A DNA stretch of 64,000 nt from Acidimicrobiia bacterium (GTDB lineage Bacteria > Actinomycetota > Acidimicrobiia > Spongiisociales > Spongiisociaceae), in assembly GCA_003229305.1 (NCBI GenBank), contig QIDH01000092.1:47408-111407 (forward strand). Reading direction: 5' to 3'. Below are positions 36,100-45,585 of this stretch, piece after piece. The translations under genes and the position numbers were made by a program. The notes beneath the pieces were generated by a model that was not told the DNA's origin, ran no database searches, and saw nothing but the letters and a program-made list of their open reading frames with translations. Positions within the stretch are counted from its first letter, which is position 1, and the number at the start of each line of letters is the position of its first letter.

Positions 36100-36636
36100 T
36101 CAGGAGCCGATCGTCAGGTCGGCGATTCCGGCGTAAGGTCCCGAGAAGGTTACTTCGACACCGTCGCTGATGGTCAGAAAAGTTCGGCTGGCCAGGAGGG
36201 CGACGTCCTCCTCTGACAGGTCGTCTGCAGAGGCCAGGACGGCAGCCGCAGGATCGTCAACCACGACCACAGTCAGCGGCTGAAAACGGTCGACTATGTC
36301 GAACACCAGATTCTGTAGTTCGACCTCGGTGTAGGTGCCAGGATCGACGACTACGACCAACTCATCTCCAGCGTCTCCCTCGACCCGATCGACCACCTCA
36401 TAGGTGGGAGTACCATCGACAAGCTGGGTCGTTGAAGTGGTTGTCGCCGCCTGGCCGTCGCCGGAATCTGACGGTTGGTCTGAGTTCGCAGTCGGACTGA
36501 CCAGCACTGCAGTGGTTGCGACACCTGCGGGTTTCGAGGTCGTCACGCTCGCGTCTTCTTCGCCCCTCGAACATGCCGACCCGATAAGGGCCAGGGCCAA
36601 CAACAGATTGACGGCTACAACTCGACGCACGGACAA
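36100..36636 (-). CDS. hypothetical lipoprotein
   Basis: Signal peptide with lipobox LIGSAC, then a low-complexity T/S/A-rich linker. I recognise no family. Confidence 0.6.
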   Translation of the reverse strand: MSVRRVVAVNLLLALALIGSACSRGEEDASVTTSKPAGVATTAVLVSPTANSDQPSDSGDGQAATTTSTTQLVDGTPTYEVVDRVEGDAGDELVVVVDPGTYTEVELQNLVFDIVDRFQPLTVVVVDDPAAAVLASADDLSEEDVALLASRTFLTISDGVEVTFSGPYAGIADLTIGS

Positions 36637-36699
36637 CCTCCCAAATAATCAATTTCCCCGGTCAATGATTCAACGCTCCTAGGCCAAAGGCGAGTTCCC

Positions 36700-37509
36700 T
36701 CAACCGGCCAGCTCCTCGACCACCAGACGAGAATACGCGTGACCGAGCTCGGCGGTCGTCGGGCCCGGCTCGTAGATGTGCCTCCCGACGGTCGTCACCG
36801 GGCGCACCTCCTTGATGCTGGAGAGCACCATGACCTCGTCTGCGACTGCCAACCGTTTGGTGGCGAAACGACCTTCGACCACCGGAATCTCAAGGCGCTC
36901 ACAGAGTCCCAGGACGACCATTCTGGTGATCGAACCCAGAATCCCAAGTTCCAACGTTGGGGTCTCCAACGTCCCGTCGATTACCCAAGCGACCGTCGAA
37001 GTCGGCATCTCCAACACCGTTCCGTCCCGAGAGATCAACAGTGCGTCGTCGAAAGCCTCTTCTCTCGCCTGGCGCGAGGCCGCCATGTTTGGCGCATAGG
37101 ACAGCGTCTTGACCCCCGCCAGAGTCCATTCCACCCCTGCCGGATGCCAAGGAGCAACAACAGGCAGGAGACGGTATGCCCCGAGGATCTCAGGCAGAGG
37201 CTGGTCGAGCACGACCAGGGTTCCCGGTTCGCTCCTGAGGTCGGCCGGTCCAGCTGAAGCGAGCACTCTGATCACCCCTGTGTCGCGCTCTTGGGCCAAT
37301 TTCGTGCACCACGCCTTGATCGTATCGAGCGCAGGAAGCTCGATCTCGAGTGCCGCTGCAGAGCGAGCAAGCCGATCGAGATGGTCGTCGATCTTGAAGC
37401 AGACGCCCCCATAGATCCGAGCCGCTTCGAAACAACCATCCCCCCGCAGCACCATCGGATCGAGCACAGAAAGCGTCCCACCGACGTCCCCATTCACCAA
37501 TACCGTCAT
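36700..37509 (-). CDS. class IV aminotransferase (branched-chain aminotransferase / aminodeoxychorismate lyase family)
   Basis: ATG at 37509. Sequence LRGDGCFEAARIYGG...HLDRLARSA... fits the fold-type IV PLP enzyme pattern. Confidence 0.75.
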   Translation of the reverse strand: MTVLVNGDVGGTLSVLDPMVLRGDGCFEAARIYGGVCFKIDDHLDRLARSAAALEIELPALDTIKAWCTKLAQERDTGVIRVLASAGPADLRSEPGTLVVLDQPLPEILGAYRLLPVVAPWHPAGVEWTLAGVKTLSYAPNMAASRQAREEAFDDALLISRDGTVLEMPTSTVAWVIDGTLETPTLELGILGSITRMVVLGLCERLEIPVVEGRFATKRLAVADEVMVLSSIKEVRPVTTVGRHIYEPGPTTAELGHAYSRLVVEELAG

Positions 37510-37593
37510 CCCCAGAAGGTACCAGCCCAGGAACTGGGAACAGCCGATCACCCCGAGGGGTTGCTCAATATGTGAACCCGTGGCTGTGGCTGG

Positions 37594-39303
37594 CTAGGTC
37601 CTGCGCCAGGCGTTCGTTATTGGGAGGCGGCGATCTCGTCCGAAAGCTTTGGTCGTGATCTTCACGCCTGGAGCGGCCTGTCGACGCTTGTATTCGTTTC
37701 GGTCGACCATGTGCACCACTCGCTCCACCAGGGTGGGCTCGAATCCGGAAGCAACTATCGCCTCGACAGGCTGATCCTCTTCAATGTAGAGCGCCAGGAT
37801 CTGGTCGAGCACGCTGTAGGGAGGCAACGAGTCTGAGTCCTTTTGGTCTGGCCGCAACTCGGCGGACGGAGCCTTGTCAATGATCTCGACAGGTATGACT
37901 CCGCCCTGGGTGTTGCGCCACTCGGCGAGCTGGTAGACGAGAGTCTTAAAGACATCTTTGAGCACCGCGTATCCGCCTGCCATGTCGCCGTAAAGAGTCG
38001 CGTAGCCGACCGCCATCTCGGATTTGTTTCCGGTGGCGACCACCATCTCGCCGTGCTTGTTCGAAATGGCCATCAGCAGGGCTCCTCGGACTCTGGCCTG
38101 GATGTTCTCCTCTGCCACTCCGAACTCGGTGCCTTCGAATACCGGGCCGAGAGCCTCCAGATACGATTTGTAGAGGTGATCGATGGCTATCTCGTCGAAG
38201 CGTATGCCGAGGCGAGCCGCCAAGTCGCGGGAATGCTCGATCGATCCTGAGGACGAGAACGGAGATGGCATGGTGACGCCATGTACGGCATCGGCACCCA
38301 ATGCATCAACCGCTATCGCCGCGGTGAGCGCCGAATCGATACCGCCTGACAGACCGACCACGACCTTGCCGAAGCCGTTCTTGCGAACGTAATCGCCAAG
38401 ACCGGTGACCAACGCCGAATACACCTCGGCCAGCGGCTCACGCGGTTCGGTCGACTCCGGATCCAGAACCGGGTTAGGTTCCAAGACTGGCGCTGATCGT
38501 ACGGCGGCCGGGATCGCACCCGACCTGGCGGGCGCCACCTCCACATCCATAACGAACATGGCCTCGGAGAAGCTGGGCGCTCGGAACTGGATGACTCCTT
38601 CGCCGTCGATGATCAGGCTGCCGCCATCGAACACCAACTCATCTTGGCCACCAACCAGGTTGAGGTAGACAACCGGGACTCCGCTCTCGACCGCTTGGCG
38701 ACGGATGAGCTCAATCCGCTCACGCCCCTTGCCATAGTGAAAGGGCGACCCGTTGATGTTCAACAGAACCTGCGCCCCGGTCTCCGCCTGTTTGGCCGGG
38801 GGCCCATCACCGATCCAAATGTCCTCACAGACGGACACTCCGACGGTCACACCACCGATGTCCCAGGTGGCGTCTGGAGACCCGCCAGGCATGAAATAGC
38901 GGTCTTCGTCGAAAACGCCATAGTTGGGCAGCAAGACCTTCTGGTAGACGCCGCGCACTTCGCCCATGTGGATTAGAGCAGCCGCGTTCGCCACCTGCCT
39001 CTGCTTGGCGTCTGCCGCTCCTCGATGTTCACCGACCGACCGATCGACGAAGCCGACAACGGACACGACGTTGCGAGCTCGCTCAGCCAACCGCTCGAGG
39101 GCCTGGCGGTTGGCATCGACGAAATCTGACCGTAGGACGAGGTCCTCCGGCGGGTAGCCGGCAATCGCCAACTCAGGTACGAGAAGGACATCGGCCCCTT
39201 GCTCCTCCGCCCAATCCATGGATTTGGCTATCCGCTTCTCGTTCCCGTCAATATCCCCGACGGTCAGGTTGATCTGCGCACCTGCGATGCGGATGGTTGC
39301 CAT
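37594..39303 (-). CDS. nadE: NAD+ synthase (glutamine-hydrolysing)
   Basis: ATG at 39303 (MATIRIAGAQINLTVGDIDGN). N-terminal CN-hydrolase domain followed by the PP-loop GLSGGIDSALTAAIA. The track's 756-aa form is an unsupported 5' extension that overlaps the divergent gene. Confidence 0.9.
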   Translation of the reverse strand: MATIRIAGAQINLTVGDIDGNEKRIAKSMDWAEEQGADVLLVPELAIAGYPPEDLVLRSDFVDANRQALERLAERARNVVSVVGFVDRSVGEHRGAADAKQRQVANAAALIHMGEVRGVYQKVLLPNYGVFDEDRYFMPGGSPDATWDIGGVTVGVSVCEDIWIGDGPPAKQAETGAQVLLNINGSPFHYGKGRERIELIRRQAVESGVPVVYLNLVGGQDELVFDGGSLIIDGEGVIQFRAPSFSEAMFVMDVEVAPARSGAIPAAVRSAPVLEPNPVLDPESTEPREPLAEVYSALVTGLGDYVRKNGFGKVVVGLSGGIDSALTAAIAVDALGADAVHGVTMPSPFSSSGSIEHSRDLAARLGIRFDEIAIDHLYKSYLEALGPVFEGTEFGVAEENIQARVRGALLMAISNKHGEMVVATGNKSEMAVGYATLYGDMAGGYAVLKDVFKTLVYQLAEWRNTQGGVIPVEIIDKAPSAELRPDQKDSDSLPPYSVLDQILALYIEEDQPVEAIVASGFEPTLVERVVHMVDRNEYKRRQAAPGVKITTKAFGRDRRLPITNAWRRT

Positions 39304-39376
39304 GGATGTGATCCTATCGGCGTCCGGTCCAACACAGCGCGAGGCTGCGCCCCCAAACATGTAGCCTTCCGAATCA

Positions 39377-40567
39377 ATGCGAAAACCGATTCCAATAGAC
39401 GACATCCGGGCGCTCGCCGCCGAGCTCGCCCCGGCCGCGGTGGAGATGCGGCGCACCATCCACCGCCATCCAGAGCTAGGTGACCAGGAGCTCAGAACTA
39501 CCGCCCTTGTCGTAGATACCCTCGAGGCCGGGGGTTTGGTCCCTAGGCAGCGCACTCTCAAGACCGGCCTGACCGTCGATGTCGGACACGACGGTCCCGC
39601 CGTCGGTTTCAGGGCAGACATGGATGCGCTGCCGATCGACGAAACAACCGACGTTCCGTTCAGGAGTGAAGTTGAAGGGGTGATGCATGCATGCGGCCAC
39701 GACGCCCACACCGCCATTGGAACGTATGCGGCACTGATCAGTGACCGAATCGGGATCGACCACGGCCGGGTTCGGTTTCTCTTCCAGCCGGCCGAGGAAC
39801 TGTTTCCTGGAGGAGCCACTGACATGGTCCGCGATGGGCTGGCCGAGGACCTCTCCTCAATCATGGCCTTTCACGCCGACCCCTCCATTCTTGCCGGCAC
39901 GGTCGGCCTGAAGATCGGACCGATAACCAGTTCGTCTGATCGATTCGAGATCGTTCTCGAAGGTCCTGGTGGCCATACCGCTAGGCCATACGAAACGGTT
40001 GACCTGATCGGAGCGGCCGCCAGGGTCATCAGCGAAGTCCCCAACCTGCTGGGTCGCTCAGTCGACGCTCGCAAGCCTCTCGTAATGGTCTTTGGACAAG
40101 TCCACGGCGGAAAGACGGACAATGTCATCCCGGCCTCTGTCACCATGTCTGGCACCTGCAGGACCCTCGACCGGGAGGTCTGGAACGAGTTGCCCACGTT
40201 GGTCGAACGCTTGACCCAGGAGGTGGCTGCGCCCCATGGCGCCAAGACCACGGTTCGCTACCAACGGGGTATTCCTCCAGTGGTCAACGACGAACTCGTC
40301 ATCGAACGGCTACGAACCGCCTACCAGAACGCATTTGGCCTCGAGTCGGTCCTCGATTCATACGCGAGCCTCGGGGCGGAGGACTTCAGCCGTTTTCTCG
40401 ATGCGAGTGCGGGTGCCTTGGTACGTCTCGGAGTCGGGTTCGAGGGTCGGCGGGTCGATCTGCACTCGGCGTCATTCGACCTCGATGAGTCCGCAATCGA
40501 GACCGGCCTCGTCGCCGCGGTGGTCGGAACAATGGCCCTCCTGGACGACGCCTTGATCAGCGGGTGA
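39377..40567 (+). CDS. M20 family amidohydrolase (aminoacylase/hippurate hydrolase-like)
   Basis: Sequences RRTIHRHPELGDQE, RADMDALP and MHACGHDAHTA are M20D motifs. Confidence 0.85.
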   Translation: MRKPIPIDDIRALAAELAPAAVEMRRTIHRHPELGDQELRTTALVVDTLEAGGLVPRQRTLKTGLTVDVGHDGPAVGFRADMDALPIDETTDVPFRSEVEGVMHACGHDAHTAIGTYAALISDRIGIDHGRVRFLFQPAEELFPGGATDMVRDGLAEDLSSIMAFHADPSILAGTVGLKIGPITSSSDRFEIVLEGPGGHTARPYETVDLIGAAARVISEVPNLLGRSVDARKPLVMVFGQVHGGKTDNVIPASVTMSGTCRTLDREVWNELPTLVERLTQEVAAPHGAKTTVRYQRGIPPVVNDELVIERLRTAYQNAFGLESVLDSYASLGAEDFSRFLDASAGALVRLGVGFEGRRVDLHSASFDLDESAIETGLVAAVVGTMALLDDALISG

Positions 40568-40841
40568 CAGCCACTCCCTGCCAGAACGCGACGTGGCCGG
40601 TGATCCGCCTGGCCAACGGCCAGGGTTTCGGGTAAAAGAACGCCGCGGCGGACAGGCGCTGGCCGCCGACGACCACGTCGTAGTAGCTCGCCTTGCCCTT
40701 CCAGTAGCACCGGGTGTGCAGTGGATTGTCCTCGAGTAGCGACTCATCGACCGATTCGATCGGGAAATAGACGCTGCCCTCGACCACTTGAACGTGGTCA
40801 GATTCGGCCAGGACCACACCGTTCCATGTTGCTTTAGCCAT
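40557..40841 (-). CDS. DUF427 domain-containing protein
   Basis: 94 aa. Sequence ATWNGVVLAESDHVQVVEGSVYFP...RCYWKGKASYYDVVVGG is the DUF427 pattern. Confidence 0.75.
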   Translation of the reverse strand: MAKATWNGVVLAESDHVQVVEGSVYFPIESVDESLLEDNPLHTRCYWKGKASYYDVVVGGQRLSAAAFFYPKPWPLARRITGHVAFWQGVAVTR

Positions 40842-40914
40842 AAGCCGATCGTACCGCCGACCCCAACCGAATTGGCCGGACCTGTCGGATGGGCGTCGAT
40901 CAAGTGTTTGGCGT

Positions 40915-41937
40915 TCACTCGGTGGTGAACCCTTCCGCCAGCAGTGCAGCCTTCAGAGGTTCGGCTTCGCCCGGCCTCACCGACAGGGTGAGCACGCCCC
41001 CACCGCCGTGAGGAGCGTGACGGAGTTGAAGATCTCGGACGTCGACGGCGGAGTCCTCCAGCGCCCGGCCGACCGCCGATATTTCTCCTGGCTTGTCCTG
41101 CAAGACGACTCGCACCCGGACGATTGGGGGCGCAAGATCCCGCCTCAATGCCTGGGCGGAATCCAGCTGCCCGTGGATGGACGTTTCATCACCCTCGAGG
41201 ATCGCCTGGTGCAAAATGTCGAGTTCGTCGACCAGGCCCTGAAGGGAGGCGGACAGATGATCCCGGTTGGCGACAAGGACTTCGGGCCAGAAGCCTGGAT
41301 CGGAAGCGGCAACCCTGGTGAGGTCACGGAAACTGCCTGCGGCCAAACCTCGCACCCCTGGATCACCGGCAACACGATTGACGAGCGCCGCGGCAATCAG
41401 GTGAGGAAGATGCGACACCGAGGCAACGACCCGATCGTGCTCATCGGCTGTCATCCGGGTCGGTACCGCTCCAATGGAGGTGATGATGCGGGCCAATTCG
41501 TCGACATCTTGGCCATCGGCCCCATCGTCAGTGACTATCCAGGCCGCCCCTCGAAACAGGGCAGCTGTGGCGGCGGCGGGTCCTGCGTGTTCCCTTCCGG
41601 CCATCGGATGCCCGCCGACGAACCGCAGCCCAGGTCCGGCAGCTTCCACGACCGGAACCTTCACACCTGCCACGTCGGTCACGAGGGCTCCGGTGTCGAG
41701 CTTGCCCACGGTCTCGACGATCGATCCAAGCGGGCCGGCCAGCACCACTAGATCCGCGTCGGCGACCGCCTCGTCCTCCGACCCTGCCATGCGGTCCAAA
41801 GCACCACGATCCGACGCGAGCTCCAACGCGCTGGGATGGGTATCCCACCCAATCGCCGTCCAGCCGGTCTCCCGAAGGGCCAGGCCGACCGAGGCGCCGA
41901 TGAGCCCCGTCCCAATGATCGAAACGGTGCGTTTCAT
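40915..41937 (-). CDS. tyrA: prephenate dehydrogenase with C-terminal ACT domain
   Basis: ATG at 41937. Rossmann motif IIGTGLIGAS, GGHPMAG motif, and an ACT-like C-terminus. Confidence 0.85.
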   Translation of the reverse strand: MKRTVSIIGTGLIGASVGLALRETGWTAIGWDTHPSALELASDRGALDRMAGSEDEAVADADLVVLAGPLGSIVETVGKLDTGALVTDVAGVKVPVVEAAGPGLRFVGGHPMAGREHAGPAAATAALFRGAAWIVTDDGADGQDVDELARIITSIGAVPTRMTADEHDRVVASVSHLPHLIAAALVNRVAGDPGVRGLAAGSFRDLTRVAASDPGFWPEVLVANRDHLSASLQGLVDELDILHQAILEGDETSIHGQLDSAQALRRDLAPPIVRVRVVLQDKPGEISAVGRALEDSAVDVRDLQLRHAPHGGGGVLTLSVRPGEAEPLKAALLAEGFTTE

Positions 41938-42164
41938 TCCATCGAGTCGAAACGTCTGGCCGACCATCCGCTCATCACCAGACCCGCGTGCACTTCATCG
42001 GCTACGAGATTGGCCCAAGCGCTCACCAATACCGCGGCCCGCCCGGATTCGCTTTCGAGACCATTCAGCACAAGAGAACAACGAGGATCTTCCGTCATTT
42101 CGTCTGCGAGTTCTGCAAGTTGGGATGCCCTGCCTCCGTCAGCGTCAATGATGATGAGTTGCAT
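41934..42164 (-). CDS. hypothetical small protein (76 aa), translationally coupled to tyrA
   Basis: ATG at 42164 (MQLIIIDADGGRASQLAELADEMTEDPRCSLVLNG...). Its stop overlaps the tyrA ATG (ATGA at 41934..41937). The longer track ORF 41934..42485 overlaps the XRE gene and is rejected. Confidence 0.4.
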   Translation of the reverse strand: MQLIIIDADGGRASQLAELADEMTEDPRCSLVLNGLESESGRAAVLVSAWANLVADEVHAGLVMSGWSARRFDSME

Positions 42165-42233
42165 GAGGCGCAACGGTAATCGCCGCAAGTCACCGCGCCG
42201 TGCCTGCCGACGGTTGCGGGACGAGGCAAGAAT

Positions 42234-42261
42234 ACGTCTGCTTGCATTTGCAAGCAGACGT
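42234..42261. promoter_or_regulatory. perfect 13-bp-arm inverted repeat (candidate operator of XRE regulator)
   Basis: ACGTCTGCTTGCA-TT-TGCAAGCAGACGT lies 19 nt upstream of the XRE ATG. An extra half-site-like TTTGCAAGCGG lies at 42268..42278. Confidence 0.6.
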
Positions 42262-42279
42262 GATATATTTGCAAGCGGA

Positions 42280-42690
42280 ATGAGTAAGACTTTCAGAACG
42301 TCGGAATCAGGCGAAACAGACACCCCGGAGTCAGGCCACGCTCTGGACCTTGGTGCCTTCATCCGCCAACATCGCGAGCGATCAGCTATCTCGCTGCGCA
42401 AGCTCGCCGACATAGCCGGTATCTCCAATCCGTACCTCAGCCAGATCGAACGCGGCCTCCGCAAACCCTCCGCCGAGATCCTCAAACGCCTGGCGAGGGG
42501 GCTTTCGATCTCGGCCGAATCTCTCTACACCCAAGCCGGCCTTCTCGAAAAACGCACCGACCACCCCGCGGTGGCAGACGCCATTGAGGCCGACCCCCAC
42601 CTAGATCAACGACACAAACAACTGCTCCTCGAGCTCTATCGGACACTGCTCCGTGAGCGACAGGACACCGAACAGGAGAAAACGAAGTGA
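42280..42690 (+). CDS. XRE family transcriptional regulator
   Basis: ATG at 42280. HTH sequence ISLRKLADIAGISNPYLSQIERGLRKPS. Confidence 0.85.
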   Translation: MSKTFRTSESGETDTPESGHALDLGAFIRQHRERSAISLRKLADIAGISNPYLSQIERGLRKPSAEILKRLARGLSISAESLYTQAGLLEKRTDHPAVADAIEADPHLDQRHKQLLLELYRTLLRERQDTEQEKTK

Positions 42691-43223
42691 GTACCAAGAC
42701 CAAGACCATAGAAACCACCAAGAAGGCCGTGTTCGCAGCCGTCGGCGCCCCCGTCGTGACTGCCCGCAAGGCAAGCGCCAAATGGAACGAACTCACTGAG
42801 GCCATGCGTACCCGAGGCGAGACGTTCAGCGGCGAAGCTCGCAAGGAGTTCGACACGTGGGCTGCCGAAGGCCACAAACTCGTCGAGCGGATCGGCGACG
42901 GCCCCGTTGTGGAGCAGATCACCTCGAAGATCGAGGACCTCGACGTCGAAGGACAGGTCGGCAAGCTTCGTGAGCAGTTGGACGATATGCTCGCAAGCTG
43001 GCGCAAGGGGTTCCGCCCGGAGTCACAGAAGGTGACGATCGAGACGATCCCAGCGACCAAAAAGCCGGCCTCCTCCAAGAAGGTTACGGCTGACAAGAAA
43101 CCTGGCGCCAAGAAGGCTCCGGCTGCGAAGAAGACGAATGCCAAGCGTCCCGCTGCCAAAAAGCCTGCTGCGAAGAAGGCGACTGCCAAGAAGACGAATG
43201 CCAAGGCGCCTGCAAATAAGTAG
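42687..43223 (+). CDS. HbhA-like (heparin-binding hemagglutinin-like) protein with Lys/Ala/Pro-rich tail
   Basis: GTGA overlap with the XRE stop. A coiled-coil-like N-terminal part is followed by the tail KKPASSKKVTADKKPGAKKAPAAKKTNAKRPAAKKPAAKKATAKKTNAKAPANK. Confidence 0.7.
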   Translation: MSTKTKTIETTKKAVFAAVGAPVVTARKASAKWNELTEAMRTRGETFSGEARKEFDTWAAEGHKLVERIGDGPVVEQITSKIEDLDVEGQVGKLREQLDDMLASWRKGFRPESQKVTIETIPATKKPASSKKVTADKKPGAKKAPAAKKTNAKRPAAKKPAAKKATAKKTNAKAPANK

Positions 43224-43250
43224 TCCCGGCTAACCAGCCAAAGAAACAAG

Positions 43251-43282
43251 AGATGGGCGGGACCACATGGTTCCGCCCATCT
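43251..43282. terminator. bidirectional intrinsic-terminator-like hairpin between convergent genes
   Basis: AGATGGGCGGGACC-ACAT-GGTTCCGCCCATCT forms a 14-bp stem with one G.U pair. Confidence 0.6.
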
Positions 43283-43301
43283 TCCGTATCAGATGATCTT
43301 G

Positions 43302-43706
43302 TCAGTGGGTGACTGCCGGATCCAATGATTTGGCGTATTCGACCCAGCCGGTGACCATGCCGAGAGTAGGGAGGCGCCGGACCAGCCTCTTCTGTTCGTT
43401 CAATTGAGTCATTCTCGTTATGAGGGCTTCAGGGTTGCGGCGTCGCAGCTCTTTGACGGTGTCCACTCCTGCCGCTTCCAACAGATCCGAGTATTCGGAT
43501 CCGACGCCTTTGACTCGCATCAGGTCAGCCCGATTGACCCATTCCAGAATCTGTCGCTCCGGCAACGTTGTGGCGGCGGCCAGCGCTTTGCGGCCTTTCT
43601 TGGCCTTGGCTCGTTTCAGCAATGCTTCAGTGGTTCGGACTCCAGATTTGCGCAGCTTGCGCGCGGAGACGGTTCCGATCCCCTCGATGTAGTCGATGGA
43701 CGCCAA
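43302..43706 (-). CDS. DUF4332 domain-containing protein
   Basis: 134 aa with helix-hairpin-helix-like repeats (IEGIGTVSARKLRKSGV, VKGVGSEYSDLLEAAGV). Confidence 0.7.
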   Translation of the reverse strand: MASIDYIEGIGTVSARKLRKSGVRTTEALLKRAKAKKGRKALAAATTLPERQILEWVNRADLMRVKGVGSEYSDLLEAAGVDTVKELRRRNPEALITRMTQLNEQKRLVRRLPTLGMVTGWVEYAKSLDPAVTH

Positions 43707-43873
43707 GCTCCTGCTCCCTCCTGTCCCAGCGGCGGACGATCACTCGACCGTCAAAACGCCGGCTCCACCCAGGACCCTCCGACCTTAGATGACTGGCAGG
43801 GGTCGGGCCAATGAGGATGCGATATTCGATGCGGGCCTGGTGGTTCACCTCTCCACAGACCGTGACGCGCTCC

Positions 43874-44482
43874 TCACCCTCCGGGGCGCAGCCGCGGGCG
43901 GAGCTCTTCGAGATCCGAAACCGTGTCGATATCGCGGGGCGGCAGATCTTCGACCCAGACTTCTTCTACCCACTCCGGATGGGCCTGAAAGAACTTGCGG
44001 GCACCCGTATCACCTTCGAGGCTGCTCATAATCCGGGGCCATAACGAGCGGTCGATCAAGACAGGGTTACCCCACGTGTAGCGGTACTTGGGAAGCACAA
44101 CTGGCATCCGCGACTTCTTCTGAGCCCCCAGCAGGGATGCCACGACTTCAGGGTCAATCTTCGGCTGATCCCCCATCGCGACAAGCACGCGCTCCATTTG
44201 CGCGTCGTGGGTCAGCGAGTCGAGGCCGGCCCTCAACGAAGACGCCATGCCCTCCTCCCACTCCGGGTTGAGGACAACGGTCACATCACCGAAGTCCACG
44301 GCCTCGAGGATCTCGTCCGCGTGGGAGCCGAGCACCACAACGATCTCGTCAATGGACTCCCAGGTCCGAACCTCGTCGAGCACGAAACCGAGTAGCGGCT
44401 CGCCACCCCAATCCACGAGTTGTTTGGTTTCGCCCAGGCGCCGGCCTCCACCGGCGGCCAGCACCATCGCAGCCGTCGTCAC
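43874..44482 (-). CDS. MobA-like NTP transferase (molybdenum cofactor cytidylyltransferase MocA-like)
   Basis: Sequence MVLAAGGGRRLGETKQL...VAMGDQP fits the MobA/MocA family pattern. The gene is adjacent to the XdhC genes. Confidence 0.8.
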   Translation of the reverse strand: MTTAAMVLAAGGGRRLGETKQLVDWGGEPLLGFVLDEVRTWESIDEIVVVLGSHADEILEAVDFGDVTVVLNPEWEEGMASSLRAGLDSLTHDAQMERVLVAMGDQPKIDPEVVASLLGAQKKSRMPVVLPKYRYTWGNPVLIDRSLWPRIMSSLEGDTGARKFFQAHPEWVEEVWVEDLPPRDIDTVSDLEELRPRLRPGG

Positions 44483-44497
44483 AGGAGAACCCGGCAG

Positions 44498-45283
44498 TCA
44501 GACATCGCCCTCATCCTCGGTGCGCTGAAGGTGGATCCGACCGGCCCGGCCCTTCAGCGAATTGCCCGAACCTGACCCGTAGCGCGCCTGGATCATCTCG
44601 GCCAGGATTGAAACGGCTACCTCTCCTGGCGCTTCTGCACCAATGTCCAAACCAACCGGTCCATGGATCCTGGCGATCTGTTCATCTGAGAATCCTTCGG
44701 CCGACAACCGGTCCATGCGTTTGGCGTGGGTGCGACGCGAACCCATCGCTCCGATATATCTGGCGGGGCTGGCCAGGACAGCAGGAAGGACCGGATCCTC
44801 GAAGCGGGGATCATGGCTTAGAAGCACGACGTAGGTGCGCCCGTCCATCAGCAACTCGTCCATGACCTGATCCGGCCAGCCAACTACGACTTTGTCCGCC
44901 TCTGGAAAACGTTCGGCAGTGGTGAATATCGGACGGGCGTCACTGATCGTCACCCTGAATCCGAGATCGGCCCCCAGCCGACAAAGAGACTGGGCGATGT
45001 GTACGGCCCCGAAGATGAGTAGGTGGGGTTGGGGTGTGATCGACTCGATGAATACCTGCCGCTCCCCGTATCCAAGAGTGCGTTTCTGTTCGTCCTTCAT
45101 CAGGGAACCGGCGTCATCAACGATGTCGTCCGCTATGTCCTCTGGCATTGAGCCGGCGATGTAGCCCAGTTCGGCATCAATCACCGCTCGCAGCCCCAGA
45201 TCAGCACCTTCGACGATGGTGACCGCCGCACCCAGCCGCTCGCTGTCGATCAAGCCCCTGATTGCTGAGAGGACATCTACCAT
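44498..45283 (-). CDS. XdhC/CoxI family accessory protein
   Basis: 261 aa. Rossmann-like XdhC_C region [14 protein letters not shown]...[14 protein letters not shown]...[10 protein letters not shown]. Confidence 0.8.
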   Translation of the reverse strand: MVDVLSAIRGLIDSERLGAAVTIVEGADLGLRAVIDAELGYIAGSMPEDIADDIVDDAGSLMKDEQKRTLGYGERQVFIESITPQPHLLIFGAVHIAQSLCRLGADLGFRVTISDARPIFTTAERFPEADKVVVGWPDQVMDELLMDGRTYVVLLSHDPRFEDPVLPAVLASPARYIGAMGSRRTHAKRMDRLSAEGFSDEQIARIHGPVGLDIGAEAPGEVAVSILAEMIQARYGSGSGNSLKGRAGRIHLQRTEDEGDV

Positions 45284-45585
45284 TTTTCGATGTAGACCTG
45301 GATGGTGCCACCGCAGGCCAGACCCACCTCGAAGGCCTCCTCATCTGCGATTCCGTATGTGACCAGTTTTGGCTCACCGCTCTCGAGAACGCTCTGGGCG
45401 TGGAGATAGACGTCGTTCTCCACACAGCCTCCGCTGACAGATCCCTCCATGTCGCCGGCCGATGAGACGAAGAATCTCGAACCCTCCGGCCTGGGTGCCG
45501 ACCCTTGGACTTTCACAACCGTCGCCACCGCGACCTGTTTACCGTCCGCGATCCATTTGTCATATTGCCGCAACGCCGTCTTCAT
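45277..45585 (-). CDS. XdhC_CoxI N-terminal-domain-only protein
   Basis: 102 aa. Sequence [37 protein letters not shown]. It overlaps the next gene by 7 nt (ATGGTAG). Confidence 0.75.
   Translation of the reverse strand: MKTALRQYDKWIADGKQVAVATVVKVQGSAPRPEGSRFFVSSAGDMEGSVSGGCVENDVYLHAQSVLESGEPKLVTYGIADEEAFEVGLACGGTIQVYIEKW

Noticed and set aside
39304-39864. N-terminal extension of nadE to 756 aa, as listed in the track.
   Set aside because: The extension overlaps the divergent M20 amidohydrolase gene and has an Ser/Arg/Trp-rich composition. The ATG at 39303 gives the canonical MATIRIAGAQ CN-hydrolase N-terminus and a typical length of about 570 aa.
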